From a virus: a DNA stretch of 45,420 bases. Made by a program: the position numbers and the translations under genes. Under the pieces are notes generated by a model that was not told where the DNA came from, searched no databases, and was given only the letters and a program-made list of their open reading frames with translations. Shown here piece after piece: positions 43,077 to 45,420 of this stretch. The stretch lies in the IMG/VR virus record IMGVR_UViG_3300027865_000001; one strand, written 5' to 3'. Positions within the stretch are counted from its first letter, which is position 1. Each line of letters begins with the position of its first letter.

Positions 43077-43544
43077 CTAAACTACATTATCAATATGAAA
43101 TACCCATTGTGACGATCCAGTAACTGGCGGTGGACCAGCAGTCTTTCTTACTTCAAAATCAACTGTAAATTTACGCTCCCCAGCAGCAGTCTTATTTGAT
43201 GTCCAAACACGTTGTGCGCTGAGTGCAATCCAAGTATCATCAGCAGCAGCTTCAGCAGACCAATCTCCAACACCAAGATCCTGAACTTTATTTGTAAAAC
43301 GAACACTATATGTACCATCAGCTGCGCTAATAGGATTAATCCAAGTACCCGCAGGAGACCAAGTAATTGCAGCGCCATCTAATGACTTACCAGTTTCGAT
43401 AGTACCATCAGTATTAAATCGAATACCAACCGTACTGTCATATGTTGATGAAGGATCAGTTTGTAATACAGTACCTCCACTACCTCCTGATAGAGTGATA
43501 CCTCCACTTAGTATACCCATAAGTATCTGTAATAAATTACTCAT
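43077..43544 (-). CDS. Hypothetical tail-module protein (155 aa)
   Basis: Track ORF with a 1-nt overlap to the upstream gene and a Gly-rich N-terminus. Confidence 0.6.
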   Translation of the reverse strand: MSNLLQILMGILSGGITLSGGSGGTVLQTDPSSTYDSTVGIRFNTDGTIETGKSLDGAAITWSPAGTWINPISAADGTYSVRFTNKVQDLGVGDWSAEAAADDTWIALSAQRVWTSNKTAAGERKFTVDFEVRKTAGPPPVTGSSQWVFHIDNVV

Positions 43545-44344
43545 TACAGATCACTCGCAGCATACTTCCATGTTGTAGCTGTTAGTTTCTGAATAACTGC
43601 TATATGATTATCACCAAGTGTTCTTGTACCAGTTACACCATCAGTTCCAGTCAATGTATCTGTTGTGATAGCAATACTTAAATCACCTCCACCATCATTC
43701 TGGATACAGATTAACGTACCATTAGAAAACGCAACAGCTGTATTAGCAGGAATGGTATATGTTTCTCCAGCGCCCCCAGCTTGCTTATGAATCGTCTTTC
43801 CAGCATCACCTAAAACAAGCGTATAATTACCATCCTGTACATTAGGTGTAGAAGGAATTCCCCAATGACCACTAATCGCTTCATTTGAAGCTATACGAGC
43901 AAGAATAGAACCATCTGTAATTTGACTCTCAAGTACGACTAAAAGATTAAAGATTGTATTTACAGTACCAGTTACTATAGTAACTGCACCAAAGGAGTAA
44001 AAACTTCCTGTTACTGTTCCCGGTATTTCATAAGAAGCTACTGGAACAAGTACAAATGCAGGATTTGAGGCTGTCCAAGCACTATTAAATGCTATCGTAT
44101 CATCAGTAGTTCCATCTCCTTTAGCGCCAAATTGTTTTACATTTGCAGATTCAATGGATTGTAAGACAGCTACAGTAGTACCTGCAAGATCATGGTTACC
44201 TACATTATCTACAGCTTCACTAGCTTTTATTAAATATCTAGCTTGTCCACCATCTCCTGGAGCATAGTATCCTGAAGTTTCTACCAGTTGACCAGCAGTA
44301 AGATATGCTAGTTTCATCTGCGCTACGCTAATAAAGGTTTTCAT
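43544..44344 (-). CDS. Tail fibre/spike-like protein with a pectate-lyase-superfamily N-terminal signature
   Basis: 266 aa. GYYAPGDGGQARY and NVKQFGAKGDGTTDDTIAFNSA match the hallmark motifs of Pectate_lyase_3-type tailspikes. Confidence 0.65.
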   Translation of the reverse strand: MKTFISVAQMKLAYLTAGQLVETSGYYAPGDGGQARYLIKASEAVDNVGNHDLAGTTVAVLQSIESANVKQFGAKGDGTTDDTIAFNSAWTASNPAFVLVPVASYEIPGTVTGSFYSFGAVTIVTGTVNTIFNLLVVLESQITDGSILARIASNEAISGHWGIPSTPNVQDGNYTLVLGDAGKTIHKQAGGAGETYTIPANTAVAFSNGTLICIQNDGGGDLSIAITTDTLTGTDGVTGTRTLGDNHIAVIQKLTATTWKYAASDL

Positions 44345-44387
44345 TAGTTCTATACTCTCCTGAGCTACCGAGGGCTCCTAGGTTATT

Positions 44388-45329
44388 CTATTCGCTAGTT
44401 ACGTATTCATACCAAACACGAATCTTGCCAGCTGTAAGACCAGCAGTTGCAATTGTTACAACCAACTGTGAAGCGAACGTGGTTTTAGTGGTGAAAAGTG
44501 CTGCACTACCATCAGGTAAAAAATCATGATAGCCAACAGCAAACGCTGCATTATCATAAGCAGTCGCTGCTAAGAGACCATCAATGTCAGCTGCAAGGAT
44601 ACCCCAAGTAAGAACAGAAGCGCCTGCACTTGTAAGCGCTGTTATTACTTCATAATATGCCCGGATGATTGTAGAGTTATCAGGGATTGGTGCACTAAAA
44701 GCTGCTACACCCGGCTCTCCTCCGAGACCATGTAAGGCAACATCAAATAATGCTGTAACAAAATGTGATGCAGTAGGTCCAACATCGCTATAAGCGAGAA
44801 GGAGTATAGTACCTGCTGGATAAGAATCTGTAAGAGTTATAATGTTATTAACAGTATCAGCAGAATAGTCTGTACCTAATACTAACCGACCATTATCTAC
44901 ACCTGGACCGCTGATATAAAGTGCACCGTTAGCTACAGGTACAGCTGCTCCGAAGTTCACTATTAGCTGTCCAGCAATAAGTACTACTTCAGTAGTGGCG
45001 AGATCAGTTACAAGTACACTTACTTCAGCAGTAATACCAGGACATGCATTAGCTACTACTACATCACCTGCGAGTACTGTTTCATTCTGAAGGAAGAATG
45101 TAGTAGTAGAAAGTTCTATTACATTAGCTGGATCTACAAGTAAACCATTCCTATGTACCCGAAGACTATTAGTACCTGGAGCATAAGAGAAAGCTGTTAA
45201 TGTGAAAAGTGTCTGAGCAGCTGTAGCTATAAAACGCTGTTCACCATTAGCTGAATCACAAGGATCACAAACTACTGCATCAGAACAACCTTCTTGCCAT
45301 GCATTTATTTCTTTACATGATGTGACCAT
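44388..45329 (-). CDS. Structural / receptor-binding-like protein (313 aa)
   Basis: Track ORF with a Cys-rich N-terminus (CKEINAWQEGCSDAVVCDPC) followed by beta-rich segments. Its first 12 codons are duplicated at 1-36 by the assembly overlap. Confidence 0.6.
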   Translation of the reverse strand: MVTSCKEINAWQEGCSDAVVCDPCDSANGEQRFIATAAQTLFTLTAFSYAPGTNSLRVHRNGLLVDPANVIELSTTTFFLQNETVLAGDVVVANACPGITAEVSVLVTDLATTEVVLIAGQLIVNFGAAVPVANGALYISGPGVDNGRLVLGTDYSADTVNNIITLTDSYPAGTILLLAYSDVGPTASHFVTALFDVALHGLGGEPGVAAFSAPIPDNSTIIRAYYEVITALTSAGASVLTWGILAADIDGLLAATAYDNAAFAVGYHDFLPDGSAALFTTKTTFASQLVVTIATAGLTAGKIRVWYEYVTSE

Positions 45330-45420
45330 AGTATTAGTATCCTACATCCGAAAGGCCAGTGATTTTAAGTAAGGCGTATTCTTCACCTACTAACGTATTG
45401 TATTGAGCGGACTGTTCATC
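45294..45420. repeat. Terminal direct repeat, right copy (identical to 1..127)
   Basis: See the left copy at 1..127. Confidence 0.9.

Noticed and set aside
1-45420. Genuine short direct terminal repeats of the virion DNA
   Set aside because: The repeat is exactly 127 nt and cuts through a coding sequence. An assembler overlap is the simpler explanation, although this cannot be excluded without read-level data.

Overview
The window is one complete, circularly closed genome of a tailed dsDNA phage with podovirus-like organisation. Bases 1-127 are identical to 45294-45420, which is an assembly overlap, so the unique length is 45,293 bp. The sequence is AT-rich, roughly 35-40% GC by hand counts on sample lines. 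I recognised no integrase, repressor, phage RNA polymerase, primase, tRNA, CRISPR array or reverse transcriptase.

Two divergent arms leave a repeat-dense 520-bp control region at 10279-10798.
- The rightward (+) early/replication arm runs 10799-27056. It holds many small orphan genes, a DUF6011-like Zn protein, an SF1B RecD/Dda-like helicase and a Cas4-like Fe-S PD-(D/E)XK nuclease. It also holds a Sak4-like ATPase, a DUF669-like SSB candidate, a family A DNA polymerase, a P-loop helicase candidate and a DHH/DHHA1 phosphoesterase.
- The leftward (-) arm runs 10278 to 41, wraps, then runs 45329 to 27063. It starts with two GC-richer orphan genes and a 4-copy repeat array. It continues with a small terminase candidate, terL, portal, scaffold, major capsid, tail and receptor-binding genes and three ejection-type proteins (219, 857 and 1683 aa). 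It ends with a secreted Ig/FN3-like protein and a lysis cassette.

Main leads:
1. A PAPS-type sulfotransferase is translationally chained, together with two orphan proteins, to a beta-helix tail fibre (39538-41276).
2. An early two-gene cassette is duplicated: a small MKxxIGLI...GFRPRR protein followed by a small membrane protein (10956-11398 and 15572-15967).
3. The divergent control region has mirror-image TGACA/TGTCA triplet arrays at 8-bp phasing around iteron-like repeats.
4. A 146-codon reading frame is interrupted by a single in-frame TAA, and its distal half has no start codon (17445-17885).
5. A 250-bp ORF-free segment is bounded by two strong terminators and is a candidate sRNA locus.
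6. About four 40-bp phased repeats lie just upstream of the small-terminase candidate.

All homology statements are by-eye motif recognition. No database search was run.
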